Origin: Octopus bimaculoides
Lineage: Eukaryota
DNA length: 64,000 nucleotides
Direction: 5' to 3'
Assembly (NCBI RefSeq): GCF_001194135.2
Contig: NC_068997.1
Span: 48,430,460 to 48,494,459, forward strand
Shown here: positions 63,667 to 64,000 of the stretch, one piece after another
Position numbering within the stretch: the first letter of the stretch is position 1
Layout of the letters: each line of letters begins with the position of its first letter
Notes under the pieces: model-generated
What the model was told of the DNA's origin: nothing
Databases searched by the model: none
What the model saw: the letters and a program-made list of their open reading frames with translations, nothing else
Made by a program: the position numbers and the translations under genes

Positions 63667-64000
63667 CACACACATATGTATAAGTATAAGTATATATGTC
63701 TATGTATATGTGTATGAATATATTTATGTATGTATGTGTATATATACAGTATATGTATATATAGTTAATATATAATATATATATGTATATATAGTTAATA
63801 TATATATATATAAGTTGAGCGTTATGCCACGCAAATATGTGATGTACTTAGATTTAGCTGTCGCATTTTAGAAATGCAAATATGCTGCCATTCCGGCCCC
63901 ACACCTTCCGGATTAAACAATATCAACCGCACAAACACACACGCGCGTGCCTGCACAAATCCAAACATACATACATCATACATGCATATGTATGTATATG

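Overview
AT-rich eukaryotic DNA, dense in microsatellites and retroposons, with about 24 N-gaps (~9 kb by eye). The SINE families and overall texture point to a coleoid cephalopod, most likely an Octopus draft assembly (inference from repeat recognition, not a search). I found no convincing host exon or intact gene, and nearly all long ORFs in the track are simple-repeat or N artefacts. Supported content: (1) several tRNA-derived SINE families, labelled A, B and C here for convenience; (2) decayed DNA transposons: a near full-length Tigger/pogo element with a nested DD37D (maT) derivative, a 5' mariner fragment, two mariner mini-elements and an hAT MITE with an 8-bp TSD; (3) non-LTR fragments of the RTE, CR1, L1/Tx1 and R4/Dong clades; (4) a Penelope-like (PLE) GIY-YIG 3' fragment with an inverted pseudo-LTR. 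The main result is a set of minimal type-I hammerhead ribozyme (HHR) motifs from three unrelated repeat families. One has a canonical CUGAUGA core and sits in the 3' half of a tRNA-headed SINE-like element (29063-29108, 34788-34833). One is a PLE pLTR motif with a swapped G3:C8 core and an adjacent copy reading U3:A8 (16509-16607, 42473-42523). The third is a degenerate motif at 41503-41545. Element boundaries are read by eye and approximate unless a TSD, TIR or stop codon is cited.
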